Source: Bacteroidota bacterium
GTDB taxonomy: Bacteria > Bacteroidota > Bacteroidia > NS11-12g > UBA955
Direction: 5' to 3'
Assembly: GCA_025354385.1 (NCBI GenBank)
Contig: JANXMZ010000003.1
Span: 44,659 to 108,658, forward strand
Length of the DNA: 64,000 bases
The position numbers and the translations under genes are program-made. The notes beneath the pieces were generated by a model, which searched no databases, was not told the DNA's origin, and worked only from the letters and a program-made list of their open reading frames with translations. Shown here in pieces: positions 55,104 to 63,484 of this stretch; within the stretch, counting starts at the first letter, position 1, and each line of letters starts with the position of its first letter.

Positions 55104-55923
55104 TTTTTATATACTGTTTTTGTTTTTTATGCTGATGGGTTCAAGGCTCTTCGGTCAAGATTATCCTAGCATTCCAATAGACCCTCCACCTGCTGATACC
55201 ATTGCTTATAGCGATGAAAATACTGAATCTGCTGAAGTAGAAAACTACAGCAATTTTCATGAAGGTTATAATTTTAGCGATTCCGATCAATGGGTATATC
55301 AACAAAAATCTTTAGACCCTAATTTTGACAAAGTCTATTGGGAAAAGGAAAGACAGAAATTAAAATTTGATGAAGAAATAGAGAAGGAAAAAGAAAAGAA
55401 AAAAAACAATCGTGATACGAGTGAATTCTTTAATAAAATGAATACAGGGAGCGGTCCCGACCTTTCTTCCATGAAATTTATTTTTATTATCGGGGCACTC
55501 ATCGTTCTTGGCATTATTATTTATTTACTTGTTCGCAATACGAACTTCAACAATAAGAATGTTAAAAGCAATATTCTCATTAATTTCGATGATCTAGATG
55601 AAAGCACCTTGCGCCATGTTGAATTAGCAACGCCCTTGAGCGAAGCTCTCCGAAAAGGCGACTACCAAACAGCTTATCGAATCAAGTATTTGGAAGTGTT
55701 GCAACACCTAATTCAAAAGAATTTAATTTTTTATAAGAAAGAAAAAACCAATTACGAATACCTCCTTCAATTGAGCGGCAAAAATGTTTACGAACCTTTC
55801 CGCTTACTCACATTTAATTTCGATGGCATATGGTATGGCGAAATGAAAATTGACCGCGAACGATACGAATCACTGTTACCTTATTTCAATAATTTTGAAT
55901 CAAGTATTAGTAACCTGTCATGA
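55090..55923 (+). CDS. DUF4129-domain membrane protein
   Basis: Signal/TM N-terminus, acidic/Lys-rich linker, TM (FIFIIGALIVLGIIIYLLV), and a C-terminal helical domain (YQTAYRIKYLEVLQHL...TNYEYLLQL...FNFDGIWYGE) like DUF4129. 14-nt overlap with the upstream gene. Confidence 0.55.
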   Translation: MKQSNFYILFLFFMLMGSRLFGQDYPSIPIDPPPADTIAYSDENTESAEVENYSNFHEGYNFSDSDQWVYQQKSLDPNFDKVYWEKERQKLKFDEEIEKEKEKKKNNRDTSEFFNKMNTGSGPDLSSMKFIFIIGALIVLGIIIYLLVRNTNFNNKNVKSNILINFDDLDESTLRHVELATPLSEALRKGDYQTAYRIKYLEVLQHLIQKNLIFYKKEKTNYEYLLQLSGKNVYEPFRLLTFNFDGIWYGEMKIDRERYESLLPYFNNFESSISNLS

Positions 55924-57194
55924 AAAGAAATAATACCTTAATCTATATTGTTGCGATTCTTGCCTTGATAGCTGGTGTTTATTTTACTTGGTTTAGAAAT
56001 TCGGATGCCAAAAAAAGATTTAATTGGGAAAAAACCTTCTCTGATGGGGATGTTCAGCCATACGATTTCGGATTTCTTAAAAAATTATTAAAACACGAAA
56101 CCACTCAAAAATTCAATACCGTTGTTAAAAATCTTAGCAATGAGTTAGATGATTTAAAAGATTCTGACAGCAGCTCTTATTTTTTTATAGGAGAATATTG
56201 TTATTACACTCGACCAGAAATCGACAGTCTTTTGAACTTCGCAGAAATGGGCCATCAGGTAGTTATTGTGGCCGAGCAATTTCCTGATACTTTACAAAAA
56301 GCTTTACAGGAATTTGGAAAACCTTTTACGATTGAACGCAGTTACAATTCTGAAGCCAATGTAGATTTCACTAACACAAATTCTCCTTATGCATCCTACC
56401 AGTTTCGATTTCGGAGTTACGATCAAAAAGAAGAAACCGTCAACTGGAATTATATTTCCGAAGACGATCAACTCGATTATTACTATGGAAGCGAATTCAC
56501 CCGATACTTGCGCCTTGGACATATCAACGAACATGTTAATTTCGCCAAATTCCGTGTAGGTAAAGGCTTTGTCTATTTACATACAAATCCCCTTTTATTT
56601 ACCAATTATTACATGGCCAATGATACGGGCTTTGCTCATGCCCGTCATGTATTTTCCGAAATAAAAACTCGCAATGTATTATACGATGTTGCTGCCCGTT
56701 ATATGAAACAGGATGGTGTAAAAACAGTGCACCAATCGGATACACCTTTGGCCTATATTTTAAAACAAAAATCTTTGCGCATGGCGTGGTATTTTTTATT
56801 GGCAGCGGTTGTATTATTTTTTCTATTTAAAGCCAAAAGAGAACAGCGCATCATTCCCGTATTAGAGCAAAAAAGAAATACCAGTTTAAATTTTGTGGAG
56901 ACTATTAGTGGACTTTATTTTAAATACAACGACCATAAAAAAATGGCGGATATTAAATTGAATCTATTTTATGCATTTCTTCGCCAAAAGTTAGGTATTG
57001 CCACTAAAGATATTGATGAAGCCATGGTGATTCACATTGCCAATAAGGCCAAAGTACCATTGCAAGACACCCAAAATATTTTTAATTTTATTGAACGGCA
57101 TTTAAAATCCAACAGTCCAATAGAGGCCTCAGAACTCATTCAATTCAACTCTTACATAGAAACATTTTACCATTATTATAACGCTAAAAAATAA
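55920..57194 (+). CDS. DUF4350-domain membrane protein
   Basis: N-terminal TM, ~270-aa extracytoplasmic domain, second TM (MAWYFLLAAVVLFFLF) followed by KREQRIIPVLEQKRNTSLNFVETISGLYF. ATGA overlap with the upstream gene. Family assignment from memory. Confidence 0.5.
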   Translation: MKRNNTLIYIVAILALIAGVYFTWFRNSDAKKRFNWEKTFSDGDVQPYDFGFLKKLLKHETTQKFNTVVKNLSNELDDLKDSDSSSYFFIGEYCYYTRPEIDSLLNFAEMGHQVVIVAEQFPDTLQKALQEFGKPFTIERSYNSEANVDFTNTNSPYASYQFRFRSYDQKEETVNWNYISEDDQLDYYYGSEFTRYLRLGHINEHVNFAKFRVGKGFVYLHTNPLLFTNYYMANDTGFAHARHVFSEIKTRNVLYDVAARYMKQDGVKTVHQSDTPLAYILKQKSLRMAWYFLLAAVVLFFLFKAKREQRIIPVLEQKRNTSLNFVETISGLYFKYNDHKKMADIKLNLFYAFLRQKLGIATKDIDEAMVIHIANKAKVPLQDTQNIFNFIERHLKSNSPIEASELIQFNSYIETFYHYYNAKK

Positions 57195-57199
57195 ATATT

Positions 57200-58225
57200 A
57201 TGACCGATATCAACGAGCTTACTAACGAAGCATTACAGCCAACAGAAATTCCTGCTACTCCCGAGAGAAGCACTCTTAATTTAGAGCCATTGCGCCTGAG
57301 TGTAGAAAAAATTCGCAATGAAATTCACAAAGTAATTGTAGGTCAAGATGAAATGATTAACCTACTGATAGCAGGTTTGCTTTCGCGCGGGCATGTGCTT
57401 ATTGAGGGTGTGCCAGGCATTGCAAAAACATTGACCATTAACCTATTGGCAAAAACACTTAACCTGCATTTTAAACGCATTCAATTTACACCAGATTTAA
57501 TGCCAGCAGATGTTACAGGTACTAGTGTATTTAATTTAAAAAACAGCGATTTTGAATTCAAGAAAGGTCCTATTTTTTCGAACATTGTTTTGATAGATGA
57601 GATTAACCGTTCGCCTGCCAAAACCCAAGCTGCCCTTTTCGAGGTGATGGAGGAATTGCAGGTAACTGTTGATGGACATACTTATAAAATGGATGAGCCG
57701 TTTATGGTATTGGCCACCCAAAATCCTATTGAGCAGGAAGGCACTTATAAATTACCAGAGGCGCAGCAAGACCGTTTTCTGTTCCGCATTAAAATCAATT
57801 ATCCAAGTCTTGCAGAGGAGATACAAATACTGCAAAAATTTGAAGGCGATTTTCAACAAAGTGTTATCAATGAGGTAAAAGCGGTCATCACATCGGCTGA
57901 AATAGAAAGCCACAGGAAGATAATACAACAGGTTTACATTAAACGTGAACTGATAGAATATGTAGCAAAAATTATAGACCATACCCGCAATACCCGCGAT
58001 TTATTCTTAGGTGCTTCGCCTCGCGCATCATTGGCAATAGTTAAAACAGCCAAAGCTATGGCCGCCATGCAGGGCCGCGACTTTGTAACACCCGATGACA
58101 TTCAATATGTTTCCTACCCTGTATTAAACCACAGGATTGTATTAGCACCCGACAAGGAAATGGAGGGCTTTGAGATTAAAGATGTATTGAAAGAAATATT
58201 CCAAAAAATAGAAGTTCCAAGATAA
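57200..58225 (+). CDS. MoxR-family AAA+ ATPase
   Basis: Walker A EGVPGIAKT, Walker B VLIDEINRSPAKTQ, ATQNPIEQEGTYKLPEAQQDRF, GASPRAS; 341 aa. Confidence 0.9.
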   Translation: MTDINELTNEALQPTEIPATPERSTLNLEPLRLSVEKIRNEIHKVIVGQDEMINLLIAGLLSRGHVLIEGVPGIAKTLTINLLAKTLNLHFKRIQFTPDLMPADVTGTSVFNLKNSDFEFKKGPIFSNIVLIDEINRSPAKTQAALFEVMEELQVTVDGHTYKMDEPFMVLATQNPIEQEGTYKLPEAQQDRFLFRIKINYPSLAEEIQILQKFEGDFQQSVINEVKAVITSAEIESHRKIIQQVYIKRELIEYVAKIIDHTRNTRDLFLGASPRASLAIVKTAKAMAAMQGRDFVTPDDIQYVSYPVLNHRIVLAPDKEMEGFEIKDVLKEIFQKIEVPR

Positions 58226-58233
58226 ACCCAAAC

Positions 58234-59559
58234 ATGCTGAAGCAACTGTATTTAAGTACCCGATTTTTTTATGCCATCACTTTGTTGATAGTACTTTTTT
58301 GTGTTGCTTTTTTTGTGCCCTTTTTATTTGATATTACGGTATATGCCAGCATTGCTTTTGGGGCTTTAATTTTGTTGGATGGGCTGTGGTTATTTTCTCA
58401 AAAAATAATGATTCAAGGCAAACGCATTACTCAACCACTATTCTCGCTTTCAGATGATAATAAAGTAGTAATAAGTTTGCGAAACCTAAGCAACCGACAT
58501 TGGTTTTTGGAGATTGTAGACGAATTGCCGGAGCAATTTCAAATCCGTAATTTCAAAATTACAAGTGCTTTAAAACCTTATGGCAATGAGGTATTGCACT
58601 ACCATTTGCGCCCCCTAAGTCGAGGCGAATACCATTTTGGCAATCTCAATATTTTTACCATGAGTTATTTGGGTTTGATACGCAGAAGAATAATAATTCC
58701 TGTACAAAAAATGGTGCCAGTGTATCCTAGCATCATTCAAATGAAAAAATTTGAACTGTATACCATTTCTAAGATTGCCAAAATACATGGCATTAAAAAA
58801 ATGCGACGTATTGGTTTGAGCTATGAATTTGAACAAATCAAAAACTATGTACGGGGCGATGATGTGCGGCAGATAAACTGGAAAGCCAGTGGCCGACACC
58901 AAAATTTGATGATCAATCAATTTGAAGATGAGCGCTCTCAGCCAATTTATACCTTGATAGACAAGAGTCGCATTATGCTCATGCCTTTTAATGGATTAAG
59001 TTTAATGGATTACGCTATTAATGCTGGTTTAGTAATAAGCAATGTAGCTTTGCAAAAAAGAGACAAGGCTGGTCTTATAACTTTCTCCGATAAAATTGGT
59101 GCTGCCATAAAAGCGGATAATAAACATGGCCAATTACAGGGCATTTTAAACAGCCTATACAATCAAAAAGAGCGCGACTTTGAAGCTAATTACGAATTGC
59201 TGTATTACGGGGTAAAGAACCTGGTAAAAACCCGCAGCCTCTTATTTTTATATACTAATTTCGAAAGCATGTATGGCTTGCAAAGGGTATTGCCAGTTTT
59301 GCGAAGTATTAATAAACAACATTTGCTCATCGTGGTATTTTTTGAAAACAGCGAACTGGAAAAAATAAGTCAAGCCCCTGTAAAAGATTTAAAAGGCATA
59401 TACACCAATATATTGGCAGCCCAGGCCATCAACGAGAAAAAAATAATTGCCCAAGAATTGAACAATATGGGCATACAAACCATACTCACCAAACCCGAAG
59501 ATTTAACACTCAACAGCGTGAACAAGTATTTGGAGATAAAAGCCAGAGGATTGATTTAG
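58234..59559 (+). CDS. DUF58-domain (degenerate VWA-like) protein with two N-terminal TM helices
   Basis: DUF58 signature IKNYVRGDDVRQINWKASGRHQNLMINQFEDERSQ, followed by a VWA-like segment (IYTLIDKSRIM...GLITFSDK). Confidence 0.8.
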   Translation: MLKQLYLSTRFFYAITLLIVLFCVAFFVPFLFDITVYASIAFGALILLDGLWLFSQKIMIQGKRITQPLFSLSDDNKVVISLRNLSNRHWFLEIVDELPEQFQIRNFKITSALKPYGNEVLHYHLRPLSRGEYHFGNLNIFTMSYLGLIRRRIIIPVQKMVPVYPSIIQMKKFELYTISKIAKIHGIKKMRRIGLSYEFEQIKNYVRGDDVRQINWKASGRHQNLMINQFEDERSQPIYTLIDKSRIMLMPFNGLSLMDYAINAGLVISNVALQKRDKAGLITFSDKIGAAIKADNKHGQLQGILNSLYNQKERDFEANYELLYYGVKNLVKTRSLLFLYTNFESMYGLQRVLPVLRSINKQHLLIVVFFENSELEKISQAPVKDLKGIYTNILAAQAINEKKIIAQELNNMGIQTILTKPEDLTLNSVNKYLEIKARGLI

Positions 59560-59610
59560 GGCATTTATTCAATTTTGAATTGAAGGATTTTTTGATTTTC
59601 GGGTCTCAAT

Positions 59611-59746
59611 GGGTTTATTGTATGTCCCTCTGAGTTTATCCTGTGTCACTCTGAGTTTATCCTGTGTCACTCTGAGTTTATCGAAGAGTGACCACCCAAC
59701 AACCACCCAGAATTTATTGATTGTCTTTCTAAGTTTATCGAAGACT
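59611..59746. repeat. 21-nt periodic repeat array (6 copies of a (G/A)(A/G)(G/A)TTTAT(C/T) core) filling the convergent intergenic region
   Basis: Cores at 59611 (GGGTTTATT); 59632, 59653 and 59674 (GAGTTTATC); 59710 (GAATTTATT); 59731 (AAGTTTATC). Two perfect 21-mers CTCTGAGTTTATCCTGTGTCA lie at 59628-59648 and 59649-59669. Confidence 0.85.
59666..59692. repeat. REP-like perfect palindrome GTCACTCT-GAGTTTATCGA-AGAGTGAC
   Basis: 8-bp stem (59666-59673 / 59685-59692) with an 11-nt loop. A half-copy TTCTAAGTTTATCGAAGACT lies at 59727-59746. Confidence 0.8.
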
Positions 59747-59753
59747 AAATCCC

Positions 59754-60509
59754 CTAACTGCTCATCACACTGCCGCAATTAATATCCATTACCTGACCTG
59801 TAATGGCGGTTTGTTTTAAAAGATAGTGCACCAGGTCTGCTATTTCCTCAGGCTCGGCCATACGCCCTAATGGCACACTTTGCATGGCAATTTTATGAAA
59901 CTCGTCGTACTCCAGACCCAATCCTTTGGCAATGCCTTCCATGCCCTCTTTTGCCATGGTCGTATTTACCCACCCAGGACTAATTGCATTCACTAAAATA
60001 TTATCATCTGCTAACTCCATTGCCCAACTGCGCATGAGGCCTAGTAGACCTGCTTTAGATGCGCAATAGGCGGTGTAATTTTTAACACCTAAACGCGCCA
60101 AAACACTCGAGGTTAAAAGCACGTGTTTATGTTTACTTTTGCTTTCTTTGAGTTGTGGTAAAAATGAATTTACAAACCAATAGGTACCACTTAAATTGGT
60201 ATCGATAATTTCATTCCATCTATCATCTTCGCCATAATGATTTTCACCACCAACTCCAGCATTGGCAATAATACCATCCAAATGCATACCGCTTAAAATG
60301 TTGGAAACTTCATCACAATTGTCCTTCTTTCGTATATCTGTTGCCACAACCAAATGATTGCCCTTTGGTAATAGCTTTAGGGTTTCTTCCAGCTTCTGTT
60401 CATTGCGGCCTGCTAGAATAATTCCTGCGCCCTCGCTTGCTAACTTAATTGCGATGGCACGACCAATTCCACTGCCAGCGCCACTTAAGATATAACGTTT
60501 ATCTTTCAT
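59754..60509 (-). CDS. SDR-family oxidoreductase (FabG-like)
   Basis: SGAGSGIGRAIA, NAGV, YCASKAG (YxxxK). The ATG at 60509 (MKDKRY...) is preferred over the TTG at 60521. Confidence 0.8.
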   Translation of the reverse strand: MKDKRYILSGAGSGIGRAIAIKLASEGAGIILAGRNEQKLEETLKLLPKGNHLVVATDIRKKDNCDEVSNILSGMHLDGIIANAGVGGENHYGEDDRWNEIIDTNLSGTYWFVNSFLPQLKESKSKHKHVLLTSSVLARLGVKNYTAYCASKAGLLGLMRSWAMELADDNILVNAISPGWVNTTMAKEGMEGIAKGLGLEYDEFHKIAMQSVPLGRMAEPEEIADLVHYLLKQTAITGQVMDINCGSVMSS

Positions 60510-60633
60510 TTGTGCTCGCAATATAATGGAATAATTGAAAGGGCAAATAAAAATATTCTAGTTTTTTGATAAAGAGAATTTTACGCATGTATAAGACCAT
60601 TAATTCAACCGTCTTATTTTTGTGCTAATTCAA

Positions 60634-61476
60634 TTATTGTTTCAAATGGAATTGCATTAAATTATCAATCGGATTTTTGATAATAGTTTCAATTTTAACC
60701 CCAAAAGTATTGCCAACTTTTCTAAGTTGTTTTTCAAAAACGAATGCTACTGAACCGACAAAATTAACAGGAATCGTTTGATAATTTTCATACTTAGTGA
60801 TGTGCGTTTCAAAAAATTCATGGAAGCAATCCTCCACAATTTTCTGCATGGCTGGGTGCGCAATGTGATGCAGAACCAATTTAGCAAATGAAGCTAAATA
60901 AATATTGGCATCGGGTTTTCCGTATACATTTTCAACAATGTTGGCCTTATTCAATCCCAAATTGATCATTTCATCTCTTAAGTCCTGGGGCAAGTCATTG
61001 TATAAAAAACGACGAATTATAGACTTTCCAATGTGCGAACCACTGCCATCATCGCCCAAAATATAACCCATGCCGAATACAGGTATTTGCGGCAAAACCC
61101 GATGTCCATCCCATAAACAAACATTGCTACCTGTACCCAATATACAAGCTATACCTTGCTGATTACCACAAGTAGCAATTGCGCTACCCTCAATATCATG
61201 ACTCACATAATTATTGGCTAATTTAAAAACACTTTTTAAGGCATCTTGTACGCGAGATACTTCACCAGTGCTACTGCATCCAGCGCCATAAAAAAAAACT
61301 TTAGTGACTTCATCAGTTTTACAATTCAAAAAAGTTGCTTTTACAACCTCCTCAATTTGGGCTTTGCTCAGAAATGTTGGATTCAAGCCTCTGCTATCTA
61401 ATCGCTGATTAATATTGGAACCATTAGAAAGGAACCAGTCTGTTTTTGTACTGCCGCTATCTGCTACTAAAATCAT
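60634..61476 (-). CDS. BadF/BadG/BcrA/BcrD-type ATPase (N-acetylglucosamine kinase-like)
   Basis: Start trimmed to MILVADSGSTKTDW (ATG, complement of 61474-61476). ILGTGSN, GYILGDDGSG motifs of ASKHA sugar kinases. Confidence 0.65.
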   Translation of the reverse strand: MILVADSGSTKTDWFLSNGSNINQRLDSRGLNPTFLSKAQIEEVVKATFLNCKTDEVTKVFFYGAGCSSTGEVSRVQDALKSVFKLANNYVSHDIEGSAIATCGNQQGIACILGTGSNVCLWDGHRVLPQIPVFGMGYILGDDGSGSHIGKSIIRRFLYNDLPQDLRDEMINLGLNKANIVENVYGKPDANIYLASFAKLVLHHIAHPAMQKIVEDCFHEFFETHITKYENYQTIPVNFVGSVAFVFEKQLRKVGNTFGVKIETIIKNPIDNLMQFHLKQ

Positions 61477-61491
61477 GTTGCGTATTTCATG

Positions 61492-61499
61492 CGAATGTA
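61492..61499 (-). promoter_or_regulatory. -7 variant TACATTCG(CA) for the BadF-type kinase gene
   Basis: TTCG variant, 15 nt from the ATG at 61476. Supports the trimmed start. Confidence 0.35.
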
Positions 61500-61614
61500 G
61501 ATTTAATTTGATAATTGGACAATACAGATTCACCTTAAGATTAAGCTTGCATTGGGGAACCTAAGTGAAGTGTGAAGATTATGGTCTCATTACATTTATC
61601 AAAATGCGCTCCTA

Positions 61615-62382
61615 TTAAAAATCAGCTTTATTAACACCCATTCCGAACAAAGCAAAATCGTATTTTACAGGATCAATTGCATCAAACTTTTTTAATTTAT
61701 TAGTTAGTAATACTGCAGTTTTCCAATCACTTTTAGGATTTTTTAACAACCCCAGCTCTGTCGCCACGCGCATCACATGCAAGTCCAAAGGACAAATAAG
61801 CTGCTCCGTTTTTATGGTTTTCCAAAGGCCAAAATCAACCTCATTACTATCTACTCTTACCATCCATCTTAAGAACATATTGATACGTTTACAAGCACTT
61901 CCCGCCAATGGATGTGCGAGGTGTTTAGTGGTCCTTTTTACATAAGCCTCCGAATCTTCATATAATTTTCTGAATCCATTAATGCCTTGCTCCACCGTTT
62001 TATCCAAACTTTTTATATGCATTGCAAATGCTGGTTCGAGTGAATTGTATTCAGAAAAAATTATTTTCAAGAAAGCAATTATAGAGAGCAAATCTGTATC
62101 ATTGAAAGTGCGATGTACAAATTTTTCACATCGCTTCAAATCAGAACTGCGATGGTTTAATATAAAATCATATGGGGCACCTTCAAAAATATCTATTATT
62201 TTTTTGCAGTTATTAATAATGGTAATGCGTTGTCCCCATGCAAGTATTGCAGCAAAAAAACCCATAATCTCAATGTCTGGGCGCCTGTTAAACAAATGTG
62301 GAATTTGAACTGGATCATTTTCTATAAATCCAACTTGATTGAATTGCAAATAATAATGGTCAAGCTTTTGTTGAAGATTCAA
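61615..62382 (-). CDS. TIGR02757/DUF2400-family protein (function unknown)
   Basis: TTG start; NDPVQIPH, FFAAILAWGQR, PLDLHV motifs as I recall for this family; 255 aa. Confidence 0.55.
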   Translation of the reverse strand: MNLQQKLDHYYLQFNQVGFIENDPVQIPHLFNRRPDIEIMGFFAAILAWGQRITIINNCKKIIDIFEGAPYDFILNHRSSDLKRCEKFVHRTFNDTDLLSIIAFLKIIFSEYNSLEPAFAMHIKSLDKTVEQGINGFRKLYEDSEAYVKRTTKHLAHPLAGSACKRINMFLRWMVRVDSNEVDFGLWKTIKTEQLICPLDLHVMRVATELGLLKNPKSDWKTAVLLTNKLKKFDAIDPVKYDFALFGMGVNKADF

Positions 62383-62396
62383 TGTATTAAAATAAA

Positions 62397-62879
62397 TTAA
62401 GGTGCATACATTGGTTCTAGTGTATTAATTTTCGAAATCGTTAAAAAGCGACAATTACCCCCTTCGTACCTAAGTACTACACCAGTTTTTGTTGGGATTG
62501 GTGGAACCGCCTCAGGGCTACCCGCTATTCGCAATCCATAATTTTGATTACCAACTTGAGTGGGTTGGATGATGGAAAATGTAAGATGCACCATTTGTCC
62601 CTTTTTAATTTTCAATTGGTCTAAATGCTTAAAAGTATCTACTAAAACTGTAAATTTATCTATCCTTCCGTCTGCAAATGCAGAATCGCATACCATGGTT
62701 AAATTGCGATTGGCTTTAACATCAATGTAATAATAGGTAATTAAGGGGCTGCCAGCAGCTCCTCCTACCATTAGTTTTTTACTAGCTGAAATGACTTTGA
62801 AGTCGGTAACAAACTTTTTATTCTGAAAAGAAAAGAGTGTAAGGCTTAATACCAATAAAAAAAATAAAATGCGTTTCAT
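62397..62879 (-). CDS. Hypothetical secreted protein
   Basis: Signal peptide MKRILFFLLVLSLTLFSF; 160 aa. A -7 box TACATTTG lies 13 nt upstream. Confidence 0.4.
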   Translation of the reverse strand: MKRILFFLLVLSLTLFSFQNKKFVTDFKVISASKKLMVGGAAGSPLITYYYIDVKANRNLTMVCDSAFADGRIDKFTVLVDTFKHLDQLKIKKGQMVHLTFSIIQPTQVGNQNYGLRIAGSPEAVPPIPTKTGVVLRYEGGNCRFLTISKINTLEPMYAP

Positions 62880-62892
62880 GTTCTAAATAAAA

Positions 62893-62900
62893 CAAATGTA
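62893..62900 (-). promoter_or_regulatory. -7 box TACATTTG for the secreted protein / TIGR02757 genes
   Basis: Exact match, 13 nt from the ATG at 62879. Confidence 0.45.
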
Positions 62901-62915
62901 ATACCAATCCTACTT

Positions 62916-63383
62916 TCAATGGTGATACCCAGAATTTTTTATAATTGTAAAAGCCCTAAAAATTTGCTCGGCCAATATTACCCTTACCATTTGGTGATTA
63001 AAAGTCATGGCAGAAATTGATATACACTCCCCTTTCTGTTTTATAGAGTTGTGTAAACCGTAAGAACCTCCAATAACAAATACCAATTTGGAAAACTCTG
63101 TAGACTTTTTATCGAGATAACTTGCAAAAGAAACCGAGTCCATTTGTTTGCCAGTTTCATCTAAAAAAAACACAGCAGACTTGGGTGTTAAGCTTCCCAA
63201 TATCAATTCTGCTTCTGCCTCTTTCAATTTATCTGAAGGTAATTTATTGCTATTTTTTACATCTGGTAATTCTAACCATTCTACTTTACCATGCTTCAAA
63301 AGTAAAGTAGAATATTTTTCTATGCCCTGTTTAACATAAGCTTCATTCGTTTTACCGATGCTAATGATGGTAATGGTTAGCAA
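62916..63383 (-). CDS. rlmH: 23S rRNA (pseudouridine1915-N3)-methyltransferase
   Basis: TTG start; ITIISIGKT, FVIGGSYGL, SISAMTFNHQMVRVILAEQIFRAF, GYHH C-terminus. Confidence 0.85.
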   Translation of the reverse strand: MLTITIISIGKTNEAYVKQGIEKYSTLLLKHGKVEWLELPDVKNSNKLPSDKLKEAEAELILGSLTPKSAVFFLDETGKQMDSVSFASYLDKKSTEFSKLVFVIGGSYGLHNSIKQKGECISISAMTFNHQMVRVILAEQIFRAFTIIKNSGYHH

Positions 63384-63484
63384 TGGCGTAGGCTCTTTAA
63401 TTGTTTTAGAATTACCATAAAGTGTTTAGTGCCACGAAATATTTTTAGCCATAAAGTATCTATGAAGATTATCTGATTTAAAAA

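Noticed and set aside
59628-59692. Possible CRISPR array
   Set aside because: The repeats are directly abutting 21-mers with no spacers. There are only 2-3 good copies, and no cas genes or leader nearby.
59569-59778. 69-aa minus-strand ORF (…FDKLRVTQDKLRVTQDKLRGT…)
   Set aside because: It is simply the translation of the 21-nt tandem repeat and palindrome. It overlaps the 3' end of the SDR gene, and its repetitive peptide reflects DNA periodicity, not a protein.
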